Notes: a model not told the origin generated them from the sequence alone. A stretch of 64,000 bases of DNA from Octopus vulgaris (GCA_951406725.2 OX597816.1:100936001-101000000), one strand, 5' to 3'; positions 1 through 13,346 are shown, counted from the first letter of the stretch. A program made the numbers and translations.

Positions 1-43
1 GCACGTATGTATATATATTCATATATGTATGTATGTGTATGTA

Positions 44-108
<65 letters not shown>

Positions 109-148
109 GTATATATATATACATATGTTTATATTATATATATGGTTG

Positions 149-193
<45 letters not shown>

Positions 194-1097
194 CTTCTCA
201 CGCCATGTATCTGTAACTATAAACTCTACTAATCGGTTAATTATTTCATTTTCTCTACCCTATCCATTCTCTCTTTGTCTCTTTCCATTAATCTTCCACG
301 ATGTGTTTCTCTCTTACTTCTCCTTACCTGACTTCCCTCCACCCCTATCAGTTCACTGTTTCCTCATTTAACTTTTCGTCTCAAACATGTAATACACACA
401 ATTAATCTCACTTTATCTGTCACACACGTTGCTTTCCGGATCTTTTTCTCTTCAACTCTTATTCTACCTTTTTCCAAGTTTGTGGCAGCGCAGTGTAGAA
501 CGTTTTCATTCGTTTCCAGAGAGAGAGAGTGGAGGTGCAGAAACAAATTGTTACAACACGTATTTTACATTGAAACCAATGAGTTTTTGTAACCATACAC
601 TCCTCTAGACTCTTATGCCCCACCCCCACTTTTTTCTTTGGCATAATCTGTTCAGATTCCTCTAATTTCTTGCTCTCGTTTTTATTCTCCTATGATCTCT
701 CTCTCTCTCTCTCTCTTTCTCTCTCATTCACTCGCCCATCAATTCTATTTATCATCCACTGTCTTTCCTTCCTTCAAGAAAGTAACAAGCTTTACTTATT
801 CCTTATTCTCTAATATTTTACCCTCTTTCTTAATTTTCACTAACTCTGCGGCCAAATGTTATACACCATTTTGATTTGTATCGTCTGGTCTTCTTTAGTA
901 AGGATTATATAAATCAAGCGCCAAAAAAATAAAAAATAAAAACACATAAGCAAATAGGCGTATGTTCTCCCCTATACCGAATTCTTATGCATGCCTTTCC
1001 CTGCACTTTTACACACCCCCACAGACGCGTGACGCACTTTTACACACCCCCACAAACGAACAGAGAAAGTTGGGAGGAGGAATGGAATTAATGCATG

Positions 1098-1151
<54 letters not shown>

Positions 1152-1314
1152 ATAGTATTGAACAGTGAGAATGAGTACTCAGCACCGCATTTGGTGGGAA
1201 AACATTTATTTGTAGATTAACAATGCCAGCAATGGTTTCATGTGGAGAGATGTCATCCAGCATAGAGACAGATGGCCAACATTCTTGAGTGGAATACTTT
1301 AAAAATTTCAAACA

Positions 1315-1468
1315 CCCATGGCTATGTGGTAAGAAGCTTGCTTCTCAACCACATGGTTCTGGGTTCAGTCCCACTGCATGGCACCTTGAGCAAGCGTTTA
1401 CTATGCCCTCGGACCGATTAATGCTTTGTGAGTGGATTTGGTAGACGGAGACTGAAAGAAGCCTGTCG

Positions 1469-1536
<68 letters not shown>

Positions 1537-1740
1537 AGTGCTTGTCCCCACCACCATCGCTTCACAACCGATGTTGGTGTGCTTACGTCCCCATAACTTA
1601 GCGGTTCGGCAAAAGAAGCCGATAGAATAAGTACTAGGCTTACGAAGAATAAGTCCTGGGGTCTGTTTGTTCGAGTAAAGGCGGTGCTCAGCATGGCTGC
1701 AGTCAAGTGACTGACACAAGTAAAAGAGTAAAAGAGTACC
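1315..1740 (+). mobile_element. tRNA-derived SINE, family B (CORE-like central segment, internal microsatellite)
   Basis: tRNA-like head (tggctatgtggtaagaagc...ggttctgggttcagtcccac), then ggcaccttgagcaag, internal (TA)n(TG)n, and tail aagtaaaagagtaaaagag. Closely matches 4081-4490. Confidence 0.8.
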
Positions 1741-1811
1741 CATATAAAACCTGTAGTAGCAGTGTTAATTCACAACTAAATTATATATACGTATAATATA
1801 TATCTATAAAT

Positions 1812-2030
1812 AGGCGGCGAGCTGGCAGAAACGTTAGCACGCCGGACGAAATGCGTAGCCGTAACGTTCTGAGTTCAAATTCCGCCGAGGTCGACTTTGC
1901 CTTTCATCCTTTCGGGGTCGATAAATTAAGTCCCAGTTACGCACTGGGGCTGAATTAATGGACTTAGTCCCTTTGTCTGCCCTTGTTTGTCCACTCTATG
2001 TTTAGCACTTTGTGGGCAATAAAGAAATAA
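1812..2030 (+). mobile_element. tRNA-derived SINE, family A
   Basis: ggcggcgagctggcagaaacgttagcacgccgg...gagttcaaattcc (B-box-like)...gtcgactttgcctttcatcctttcggggtcgataaattaag...aataaagaaata. Near-identical to 25984-26217. Confidence 0.85.
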
Positions 2031-2275
2031 ATATATATTTATAAATATACATATGCACAGACACGCGTATGTATGTATTCTTCTGTCTTTATCGCCTCTC
2101 TAACTATTCAATACTAGTGCTCACCTTATCTTCTGTTGGGTTAACCGCCACCAGACCATTTCTGCTCTCAATACTGCCTGCGAGGATGTAGCTGTCATTT
2201 CTATTGTTCTCCCATTAACTTATGCTATGACTGTCTTTATCATTACACTCTCTTGTACTGTCTCTCCCATTTCTA

Positions 2276-2841
2276 TTGGGTTTTCTGGAAAGTTTGTGCC
2301 GATTTATAGTAGCTTACCTTTCAACTTATTTTAGTACATGGTTGAGTCCATGAAATAGGATTTGACTACACCTCCATTTAGAGCACAGTTTAAGCTATCT
2401 TTTCGTGGAAGAAGATTTATGTTCCTATAACCTGTGTTAATTCTGTAACCTTTTAAAATGGAAGATAAGAAAGTTTATTTTCGGCACTTGATGCTTTGGG
2501 AACCAGGCAAAAATTGCTACAGCTCGGCTGGGATGTGTTACCCCACCCTCCATATTCACCAGATATTGCACCTTCGGATTTCCACTTATTCAGGTCTCTG
2601 CAGAACAGTCTTAATGGTAAAAATTTTAATTCCTTGGATGACGTAAAAAGATACCTTGATGAATTCTTTGCCATGAAACCACCTCAATTCTGGAAAGAGG
2701 GTATTTTCAAGTTAAAGGACAGATAGAGACGCATTGTGTAACAAAATGGTTCATATTTGATTGCTTAAAAATGTAATGGCAAGTATTTATTGACCATTTT
2801 CTTTCCTTTAAAAATCGGCACGGACTTTCCGGACAACCCAA
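2276..2841 (+). mobile_element. Internally deleted, non-autonomous mariner DNA transposon with TIRs and TA target duplication
   Basis: TIRs ttgggttttctggaaagtttgtgccgattt and aaatcggcacggactttccggacaacccaa are flanked by TA at 2274-2275 and 2842-2843. The transposase start MEDKKVYFRHLMLWE is fused out of frame to C-terminal TRQKLLQLGWDVLPHPPYSPDIAPSDFHLFRSLQN, carrying the mariner YSPDLAPxD motif. Confidence 0.92.
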
Positions 2842-3811
2842 TACTTTCTGTTCTATAGCATTACCCCGATCACACAGCCTCTACCCCATACTCTCTTTTC
2901 TATCTCCTTCTCACTCTCGATCAATGATTCTCGACAATTTTTTACCAATGGACCCCTTTGATTTCTATTCTCTTTGGGTACACCCTCAGCCATTTAAAAA
3001 TCTTTAAAAATCCTATTATATTTTTATAATTTGATATTATTCGGACCTGTATAAAAAAAGGCTGTAAAAATATTTTGTGTATTGTAGAAGTGTAACCAAT
3101 TTATTGCAGATAGATTTTAACAACAAAATCTTGAATAGATCCCCAGGGGCTACATGGATCCCCAAGAACCACTACTCTAGATCATCTTATACAATCGCAC
3201 TCTTTTCTATACACTCTATAGGTTGAGTCGCTCTGAGAGTAAGAAGGTAACATAGAACAATGAATATCTTTTCTGTATGATAGCGTACAAGGCAATCTCA
3301 CTAATGCCGATGCCAAGATAAAATGCAACCAGTACACTTTGTAAAATAATTGGCAAAGATGTGGAGATATCTTTGACATGTTGCGACATATCCTCTCTGG
3401 TACTGTCGCCGTTAGAAAACACACCTAATGCACTCTAGAATGGTTGGTATTAGAAAAGTCAAAGCAAATGACGTGTGCACTCAACCGCGACAACACCTAG
3501 AAGGATAGTAACTCTAAGAATTGATAGATCCAGTAGATGACAGCATTTAAAGCTGAGTGTAAATGTGTTTGTGCGTGCGTGTATGTATATGTCTGTGTGT
3601 TTGTGTGGGCATTATGTTACGTGTACAACATCTCTCTATTGTTTTTTATGTATTTACATGTGATATACTGTCTATTGAAATCAGTTTAAACTTCACAGAC
3701 AAATATGCATACATCGTAATACAAACACAGACATTCTGTACAATTCTGGACACAAGTTACAAATAGTTTTTGTTGGTTCATATATATATATATATATATA
3801 TATATGCAAAT

Positions 3812-4006
3812 ATGGATTGAGGACGTCACCAACTGTGTAAGCAACATGAACTACGTAGACAAACGAGTCAAATACGTAAACAACGAAAGAAAAAATGGAA
3901 AACAGGATAAGTAAACACGGAGAAACGTCTCTTCATCAGTTGTCGGGTGTCTATCTACTCCTCATTTCGAGCATTCAACGACAATATGAGTCTTCAAAGA
4001 CAGTCG
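3812..4006 (-). mobile_element. Short dispersed repeat, probably a Penelope-like terminal-repeat fragment
   Basis: Shares cttcatcagttgtcgg.tgtctatctactcctcatttcga and the adjoining segment with 19080-19232. Flanked by (TA)n. The family assignment is inference. Confidence 0.45.
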
Positions 4007-4007
4007 C

Positions 4008-4066
<59 letters not shown>

Positions 4067-4080
4067 GTATATATATATAT

Positions 4081-4490
4081 AGGCGCAGGAGTGGTTGTGT
4101 GGTAAGTAACTTTTTTGCCAACAACATGGTTCCGGGTTCAGTCCCACTGCGTGGCACCTTGGGCAAGTGTCTTCTACTATAGCCTCGGGCCGACCAAAGC
4201 CTTGTGAGTGGATTGTGTAGACGGAAACTGAAAGAAGCCCGTCGTATATATGTATATATATATATGCGTGTGTGTGTGTTTGTGTGAGTGTGTTTGTCCC
4301 CCTAGCATTGCTTGACAACCGATGCTGGTGTGTTTACGTCCCCGTTACTTAGCGGTTTGGCAAAAGAGACCGATAGAATAAGTACTGGGCTTACAAAAGA
4401 ATAAGTCCCGGGGTCGAGTTGCTCGATTAAAGGCGGTGCTTCAGCATGGCCGCAGTCAAATGACTGAAACAAGTAAAAGAGTAAAAGAAT
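4081..4490 (+). mobile_element. tRNA-derived SINE, family B (full length)
   Basis: aggcgcaggagtggttgtgtggtaag...ggttccgggttcagtcccactgcgtggcaccttgggcaag...aagtaaaagagtaaaagaata. Homologous to 1315-1740. Confidence 0.85.
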
Positions 4491-4869
4491 ATATACATAC
4501 ATACATACATAAATACATACACATACACGTGTGTGTTTGTGTGTGTAGTTATTCATATATATGTGCAAATATAAATGTATATGTATTTTATATTTACCGG
4601 TTTCTACAAGAAGCTACGGCCATGCCAGGGCACCATCTTTAATGTGATTGGTTTCACACTCACCTCCCGACTTCCTCTCCGAAATCGTTTCTGGTGAGCC
4701 ACCGATTTGCGAAACTGAGTAATACCATCTGGTTGATAACTGACAAAGAATTAGTGACCTTTTGTGTCTGTTTCTCGTCCGGTTGTACATTCAGTATACG
4801 TTGTACGTTTTTTTACCTGTGGTTTGTTTACTTATAATACATTTTTTCATTTATCATATGATATGCATA

Positions 4870-4916
<47 letters not shown>

Positions 4917-4920
<4 letters not shown>

Positions 4921-5232
4921 ATCGCCCGGCGTTGCTCAGGTTTGTAAGGAAATAACTATAAAGCATTTTTAGAGAGTTATAGCCAAAAAATAGCAAAAAA
5001 ATGGAAAAAATGATGGTATTTTTTGAGAGTTAAAAAGTTAGAGTTGCGTCCCCTAGACGGTCTGTGTTTGGTTTCTGTGTGTGTCGATTTTTTCAGAACT
5101 GAACTTTTCAAAATTTTCGCTGTTAGTTTTGAATTGTGACATTGGGTGTGTGTCAAGTTTCATCAGTCGGTGAAAGCCGTGGTGTGATACGAGAAAACAG
5201 ACACACAAACACGCACAGACAAACGTTTATAT
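4917..5232 (-). mobile_element. Non-autonomous Helitron-like element (degraded copy)
   Basis: Homologous to 55056-55414 (agtatcgcccggcgttgctc.ggtttgtaagg.aataactataaagcatttttagagagttatagcc). Inserted in (TA)n. The terminal CTAG is lost. Confidence 0.6.
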
Positions 5233-5233
5233 C

Positions 5234-5389
<156 letters not shown>

Positions 5390-6774
5390 TAATATATGTA
5401 TATGGGTTTGTGTGTGTATGTATGTATATTCTAAATATATGTATGTCATATCACATATGTGCTACTGGTAATACGTAACCGACTATAACTTGTCGTGTGG
5501 TCAAGCCATCGGTGACTAAACTGGTCATTAAGCCGGTCACCCTACCAAGCTTGCTTGGTAAGGAGGATGGTTTTCGCTAGACGTCATGCAGGAATAGAAT
5601 TAAAACCTTTTAAAGTGCAAACGAACAGAGTGGAGTCAACGGCCACCCAACAGATGGTATTGAGAGACCCGCCAGACTTTATTTAGTCATCTCTTGGAAT
5701 ACTTTAGCACTACATGTACAATTTCATTTTTGTTTGCAAGCAATGCTACAGATTAGTTCTTCTTTTTCAACAAATGCATACGCTGTTTATAGGGTGGGAT
5801 TGGTTCCTTAGAGATTGAGATTAGCCTGATAGGCCTTTCCTCTCTTTCAAAAGTTTTCAAGCAAAGGCATCGCTTAATTATTAACATCTCCATTTTGTGT
5901 TGCATATTATGACTGCGCGTAACCATAATGGAATGAAGGCATGCGTCGGCGTAGTTGGTAAGCTCTCCGAACACCTGTTGCAAGAGGCTCCCATCATTGT
6001 CACATCTGTGTAAAAGAATGTAGGTCCATAACAGGACTGAAAAGCCACTTCCATGCTGCTCGTGTTAACGGGGAAAATCAAGCGATGGAATTGCTTGAAA
6101 CCGAGTTGCAGCCATCATGTTCTCTCTCACACTCTCTCTTCGCTCCACACTCACTCGCACGCATGCACACACACACACGTATATAATATATACATATAAA
6201 TACACACGCGTACATATATATGTGTAAATATATTTACACATATATATATGTATAGGGAGAGAAAGAGAGAGAGAGAGGGAGAATACATGTATATGAATAT
6301 ATATAGATATAATATTTGCACACACATAGATATATATGCATAACATACATACATACAGATATATATATATATATGATAATTCGTCCATCAAATTTGACAT
6401 TGGACTAGGTCTTGCGAAAATATATGAATAAGTACGAAACAATGAAAAAGACATAACCAAAGAAAGAAAAAACCGAAAATAATGAAGCTATTTCGGTTAT
6501 TGATGGTCAATAAACAGAATGACATAAAACATGCACCACCTTAACATATAGAGCCCAGAGAATCAGAACCGCTCTTCCCTGCATTAAGCTATTACAGTAT
6601 TTGTTTTAACTGCAGTTGTAGTGGCTGGGATCTTTGATATAATGCAATGGCATCCATTTAGGGAGCTGCTATAATTTTGAAGCCCAAATACAAGTGTTAA
6701 ACATTCCACGATCCTTTCTCTCTCTCTTTGTTTCTCTGGATACACACACATACTCATACACATACATACATACA

Positions 6775-6859
<85 letters not shown>

Positions 6860-6862
<3 letters not shown>

Positions 6863-7012
6863 CTTTTCTACTCTAGGCACAAGGCACAAAATTTTGGGGG
6901 AAGGGGCCAGGAAATTAGATCGACCCCAGTACGCAACTGGCACTTAATCTACCGACCCCGAAAGGATGAAAGGCAAAGTCGACCTCGGCGGAATTTGAAC
7001 TCAGAACGTAAA
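6860..7012 (-). mobile_element. SINE family A, 5'-truncated
   Basis: cgaccccgaaaggatgaaaggcaaagtcgacctcggcggaatttgaactcagaacgtaa is the reverse complement of the family A core. Confidence 0.85.
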
Positions 7013-7037
7013 CATTTTTAAGGATTTAAGGATTTAA

Positions 7038-7079
<42 letters not shown>

Positions 7080-7301
7080 CAGTAGTAATATTTCGAAAAC
7101 TGCTTTCAAGCGATATATAATCCTGGCAGTTATCGTGTTGACTCTTAGATCAATTCTCAATGCCAGTTAGCCACAGCGAATGTTGGTGATACTCGAGTTA
7201 ATGATAATTTACTAGAATCAGTTATTATCCTCGTTTGGTGAATCCGAATGTCCTTTTAAGGACTGCGTAGTTCAGTAAAGAAAATAATGAAATTAATAAA
7301 C

Positions 7302-7573
7302 ATCAGGACAACGGGGATTTACACATCCATATTTCATTATACAATTATTTGCAGCATTCTTCCTTTGGACCTACGCGCGTTTCGGCTGCATCTGCAGCTC
7401 ACTGTTATGTGTGCATCTTGGTGTTAATTGTCGGTGCACCTTCTTCAGGATCCGTTGTTTGCTGCACATTACAGTGTTCAGTGGATGCAGCCGAAATGTG
7501 TGGTGTCCAAAGGAAGAATGCTGCAAGTAATTGTATAATGAAATATGGATGTGTAAATCTCCGCTCTCCTGAT
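7302..7573. repeat. Long fold-back inverted repeat (arms about 110 bp, spacer about 45 bp)
   Basis: gatttacacatccatatttcattatacaatta.ttgcagcattcttcctttggac pairs with gtccaaaggaagaatgctgcaagtaattgtataatgaaatatggatgtgtaaatc. Confidence 0.9.
7367..7453 (-). ncRNA. Type I hammerhead ribozyme-like motif (Penelope/retrozyme type)
   Basis: Minus strand: GGATC-CTGAAGA-(stem II region)-GAAA-CGCGCG-TA-GGTCC. Stem I is GGAUC/GGUCC, the core is CUGANGA and GAAA, stem III is palindromic (ACGCGCGT), and the cleavage triplet is GUA. Stem II is mismatched. Confidence 0.6.
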
Positions 7574-7650
7574 CTTTATAAATTTCATTATGTGGGTGTA
7601 CATACATACATGCATATACATATCTATACATATATATATATACACATCAA

Positions 7651-7709
<59 letters not shown>

Positions 7710-7729
7710 TTGTGTGTGTTTAAGTTGAT

Positions 7730-8110
7730 GAATGCTGCCATAATCCTTGCCTACGGTTAAAAGGAGTTTTGTTGATCTCTTGCTCAACTGCGCCCTACAT
7801 ATAATAATCAAGGCGGTTGAAGTCTGGGGAGTTAGGGGTGATGTGGTCGCAGAAATTGTCTGACAGCCATGACTGGGTTCTCCTAATTGTGTGGCATGGT
7901 GCAGATTCCTGTTGCCAGACATAGGATCTTCCAGCAGCCACCCTCTTGACCCAGAGCAGCATTACCTCCTCCAGGCATTTAATGTAAGCCTCCGTGTTGA
8001 GTTTGAGCCCGTGTAGAAAGATGAATGGAAACATAACATCGCCATCATTAGTGATCATTCCAAACACCATGATGTTGACTGGATGTTTGATCTTTAATCA
8101 CTCTTGGTAC
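7730..8110 (-). mobile_element. Tc1/mariner (maT-like) transposase fragment
   Basis: MVFGMITNDGDVMFPFIFLHGLKLNTEAYIKCLEEVMLLWVKRVAAGRSYVWQQESAPCHT...PNSPDFNRLDYY matches the QQDxAPxH and SPDLNPLD catalytic motifs, with the second Asp mutated to Glu. Confidence 0.85.
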
Positions 8111-8582
8111 ATCTAAGATTGCACTGTCTTCAGACTGACACTCAAACACGCTAAAATGTATGTATTGGAGCTTCTGGCCCGAATGTCAAGCAGTCCAGCA
8201 TGTCTTTTCCAAATTTCTGGCAGAGTGAATTGTATCTTGGTGCTGTTTTACTCAGAGATAGTGCCCAACTGACCCTACTATACTGTGTAGTCAAATCGAA
8301 ATATCCTTTATTTCGCATGCACAAAGTAAAAGATATAAAATGGCGACAATTTACCCGTCGCACCTTGTGTGTGTATGTGTGTATGTGTATTTACATTTAT
8401 TTACGGGATACGTTTTGAATATGCAAATGAAGTCTCTATTCTATTATGCCAGGTACAGTCTAATGATGCTGACTGGTGAACCAGATTTTTGGAATTGTAC
8501 TGAGCTGTATCGATGTACAATTTTAATGTATTAAAATATTTATAAACTCTATCCAGGTACCATTCCTATTATTACTTATTAC

Positions 8583-8671
<89 letters not shown>

Positions 8672-8675
<4 letters not shown>

Positions 8676-9063
8676 GAAATAAGTAACGAGGATGCACCAG
8701 GTATTGGTGCATTACGACCGTTGCAAGCGACTCCATTTAATCGATCAATGCAAACATTACATCAATTTGAAATAAAGAAAAATATTTTTCTTCTGCCACT
8801 CTAAATCATAGTAGGCTTTAGGTATTTTTCCTAAATATATATATATATAGCAAGAAGAAATAATGAATTCCAGTCCTAGGGAAATTTTTCTAAAAAATTA
8901 TAATGGGGTATCCTGTATGTTGGAAATCTATATTGTCATACGCATCCGAGGAGAGTGGTTTGTTTGAAATCGATGTAATATTTGCATTGATCGATTAAAT
9001 GGACCCGCTTGAAACAGCCGTAATGTACTAATACCTGGACATCCTTGTTACTTATTTACTTTT
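8672..9063. repeat. Inverted repeat pair (about 105-bp arms, about 180-bp spacer)
   Basis: aaataagtaacgaggatg...catttaatcgatcaatgcaaacattacatc (8672-8776) is the diverged reverse complement of gatgtaatatttgcattgatcgattaaatgg...catccttgttacttattt (8959-9063). Confidence 0.85.
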
Positions 9064-9126
9064 TATTCACTTAACTTCGACAGAATTGGTGCCTCAATTT
9101 AAGTATCTAATTCTGCTGAATCTTAG

Positions 9127-9219
<93 letters not shown>

Positions 9220-9452
9220 TCAAGAGAAAGAGAAAATGGTATTCATAAGATTCTTTATTAATCACTACGATCTTTTCGACCCATCATGCATTGGTCCTTC
9301 GCGATGCACATTGGCTCGAAATGATCGTAGTGATTAATTAAGAAACTCGTAAATTCCGTTTCCTCTTTCTCTCATGTTATATATTCAATGATGAATCAGG
9401 TACCTGAAAAGAGTAAACGTGCTTAAAATAGCATATTACCACGTTGAAATTG

Positions 9453-9496
<44 letters not shown>

Positions 9497-9744
9497 GCAC
9501 ACACACGTATCACTGCATATGTCTTTCGCATCTTCGCTCTGGGGAACGGAGCCTCAGTTCTAAAGCCTCTCTATCACTATATATGTGTGTGTGTACGTAT
9601 ATGTATATGCATATATACATACACTTATATAAAAATAAACAACAATTCTTCCATCCCCATGCGTATATTTCATTATTTAAACTAAAAACACTTCACAAGT
9701 TACATGTACGTGTATGGAAGTGTGCATTCATGCATATGTCGGCA

Positions 9745-9815
<71 letters not shown>

Positions 9816-10219
9816 TTATATGTATGTATCTATGTATGTATATTTGTTCAAAAATTTAATACTACGATAACAACAACAACAACAACCACAGTACAAACCA
9901 ACTATAATCAATAAATATGAAACAAGAATATCAGTTAGGAATTGTTTATTGTTTTCTTCTTTATTATAGCAATTGTTTTCTTTATTGATTTCTTTTGTTC
10001 TTGATCATCTTGGCCGTCACAGATACACCAGTCATGGATTGATGAACCAGACAGCTTCTCTCATCGTCGCTCTTCCCCTACACCTTATCGCACACATTTA
10101 GCAGTGAATGCGAGGATGTATGAATGTGTTTTAATGTTTACAAACTCTGAGGGTATACATGTGTGTGTGTATGTGTGTGTGCGTGCACTCTCGCGTATAT
10201 GTATATTTACGGGTATTAT

Positions 10220-10274
<55 letters not shown>

Positions 10275-10382
10275 CATATGCTTACATATACACACACACC
10301 AATGTATGTAAACGAGTGCATGCGTATGAGTGGAAGTACACATAGTAAGCAAATGTATATATATATATATATATATATATAC

Positions 10383-10428
<46 letters not shown>

Positions 10429-11029
10429 GCACATACGTACATGTATATATGTATATGTATGTATATACAAGCATGCAGGCGCATGCGTAATTGAAAGACT
10501 TGTTTGCAGCTATAAAGAATATATTGATGTTCGTATGTGCGTATGTGTGTGTGTGTGTGTATGTGTGTCACCATATGAGTGATTGGCCACGTTTACTTTG
10601 TAGTGCCAGATTTTGCGTATGCGTGTATGTGTGTATGTGTGTATGTATACACACACATACACACACCTGCAAACACACACATAAACAAACATTCACAAAC
10701 AAAGACGCACACATTGATCAGTTCCTATTATACCTGACATCAGATATTGCTCTGCCTCCTCAGTAATTTATTCTTTCATTTCAGTATATGATTATTTGAT
10801 TATTACTTCTTATTGCTATCTTCATTTTTCTTTAATTCTGTTATTGTCGTTTTTCTCTCTTATGTATTTTTCCTGTTTAAGATATCTACTCTCAGATGCC
10901 AGTTATCTGCAACAGTATTCATAGCAGTGGGGGTGGTAAAAATAGTTCTACTACGAAGTGTATATTGTTTTTATTCTCACGCTTTCGCAGCTAATTTTGC
11001 TCAGTTATTGTTTGTTAGCATTATTTTTA

Positions 11030-11041
11030 CTATTATCATCA

Positions 11042-11120
<79 letters not shown>

Positions 11121-11128
11121 CATTATTA
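11030..11128. repeat. (ATT)n microsatellite
   Basis: Direct inspection. It explains the poly-I, poly-L and poly-N ORFs. Confidence 0.95.
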
Positions 11129-11244
11129 AGGCGGGTTTTGAAATGGCCTTTATTAAAATAATGTTTTAATACTTTGCGCAAATATACAATTTGATAAAAG
11201 GACATTTAAAAATAATATACTGCTAATGTATGCACGAGTGGATG

Positions 11245-11292
<48 letters not shown>

Positions 11293-11525
11293 ACATATAT
11301 ATATACACGCGCACACACAAATATACACAAATATACGTGCGTGTGCGTGCACATGTGCGCGTGTGTATTGATGGGTTTATGTATGTATACTCTTTCTGTA
11401 TTATTATTATTATATAAAGTTCATAATCATAAGAGTTGTGCCCTAGCTAAGAAATAAAGTTTCTGCATTGGTTGTATCTATATTATGTGTAGATATACGT
11501 ATACATGCATATGTATATGTGTGTA

Positions 11526-11578
<53 letters not shown>

Positions 11579-11665
11579 ATATGTATGTATGTATGTATAT
11601 ACATGGTATATATATATATATGTATGTTTATATTTATATGTATGTATGTATATATATATATACAT

Positions 11666-11707
<42 letters not shown>

Positions 11708-12499
11708 ATTTTTATGTATGTATATATATATGGTGTATATATATATATATATATATATGTACATATGTATACATAAACATAATACAGTTTCACACATCTT
11801 AGACACTTATATAGACATGTATACACACAAACATTGTGTGTACAGGTATGTATGTATATACGTGTGCGTGTGTTTAAGTTTGTGGACATATGTATATACG
11901 CATACATACACAAATGTGTGTATTGTGCAGTCTAATTGCCCAATTAAACTGCACAGTGGAAAGGTGTTTACTTAGTTATGTAGCCACTTATATACAAAAA
12001 TATATGAATAAATAAAAGCGACAGAATAAACACTTAATGTTTTAATTAATCAACATTTAACAATTATCAGCGGCTTTCGAAAATAAGTGAAAATGGCGTT
12101 CCTATTCAAATGTAGGTGTAGTTGGTGTTGTTGCTTCTGGCAGGGGGCGCTGGTGGTAAACGTATCTGTTGTGGTGGTGTTTCTGTGATGCTGATGGTAC
12201 GATGGATCTAAGTGATGATGGTGGATTTACTTGTGGTTTGTCGCTGTTTAGCTCCAGGTCAACTCCAAGAGAGCTGACCTGTGATCAAAAAGATTCCAGT
12301 CATGACTATCCATTTGTATTTTTTCTTCTCATTTTGCGATGCGTTACATATATCTTGGGCTACATTATTTAATGTATACCCTTCCTTCTTTTTCTTTAAG
12401 GCGGTGTAGTGTCGTGATTTGAGTGAGATTTGCCTGATATTTCTAGCATGTCGAGCGACCATGTAGAGGCTCCCTTGCTGGCTAGTTAGTAGTGGTATC

Positions 12500-12925
12500 T
12501 GATTATGGTAATAGTGACAGTGGTAATGACATTGGTGGTAGTGTTGTTGTTATTGTTGGTGAGTGTGTAATGAAAGTAATGGTGATGATCATAATGATAT
12601 TGTAGTTGGTAGTAGCGTCGGTAGCTGGTGTTGTTTCTAGTATTAATAGTGTTAATAATGATGATTTTGATGTTGGCGGCGGCGGTGGTAGTGGCGGTAA
12701 TATAGTAGTGGTGTTGAAAGTAATAGCATGTACCAACTGCAATAGCACTAGTTGTTGTTGTTGCTGTGGTGGTGGTGGTGGTTGTGGTGGTGGTGGTTGT
12801 GGTGGTGGTGGTAGTGGTAGTTTTACATCCAGCAAACTAGTATATAGTAGTAAAGTAGTGTTCTTGTTGGTATGTATCAGTTGCGATAACCTTACTAGCA
12901 GCGGTAGTAGTAGTAGTGGTGGTAA

Positions 12926-12957
<32 letters not shown>

Positions 12958-13055
12958 CTGGTGTTGGGGGGATGCCAGGGTGATGATAAATAGAATGTCG
13001 ACGATTCATGACAATTTGGTATAATAGTGATAACAGTAATGTATTGATGAGGAAA

Positions 13056-13130
<75 letters not shown>

Positions 13131-13145
13131 CAGTAGAAGTAGTAT
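12500..13145. repeat. Low-complexity triplet mosaic (GGT/GTT/AGT) ending in (TAG)n
   Basis: Direct inspection. It explains the 260-aa and 125-aa low-complexity ORFs. Confidence 0.9.
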
Positions 13146-13288
13146 TTTGACAGAAGTTGATTAAGGGTGCAAAATGGGATACTTGATGACATTTGTTTTG
13201 TTCTTTGTTGGTTTTTGTTTTTCTTAAGGGGGAGGGGAGATTTCTCTTTATTTTTGATTTGCTTTTTTTCTTTCAGGTTGCACATTTA

Positions 13289-13346
<58 letters not shown>

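Noticed and set aside
1-216. YI/HT/CV-repeat ORFs here and throughout the window
   Set aside because: Translations of (TA)n, (CA)n and (TATG)n microsatellites.
13247-13252. AATAAA on the minus strand as the insulin polyadenylation signal
   Set aside because: About 1.5 kb past the stop in AT-rich DNA where the hexamer is common; needs 3'-end reads.
12503-13285. 260-aa and 125-aa ORFs
   Set aside because: Homopolymeric products of triplet repeats.
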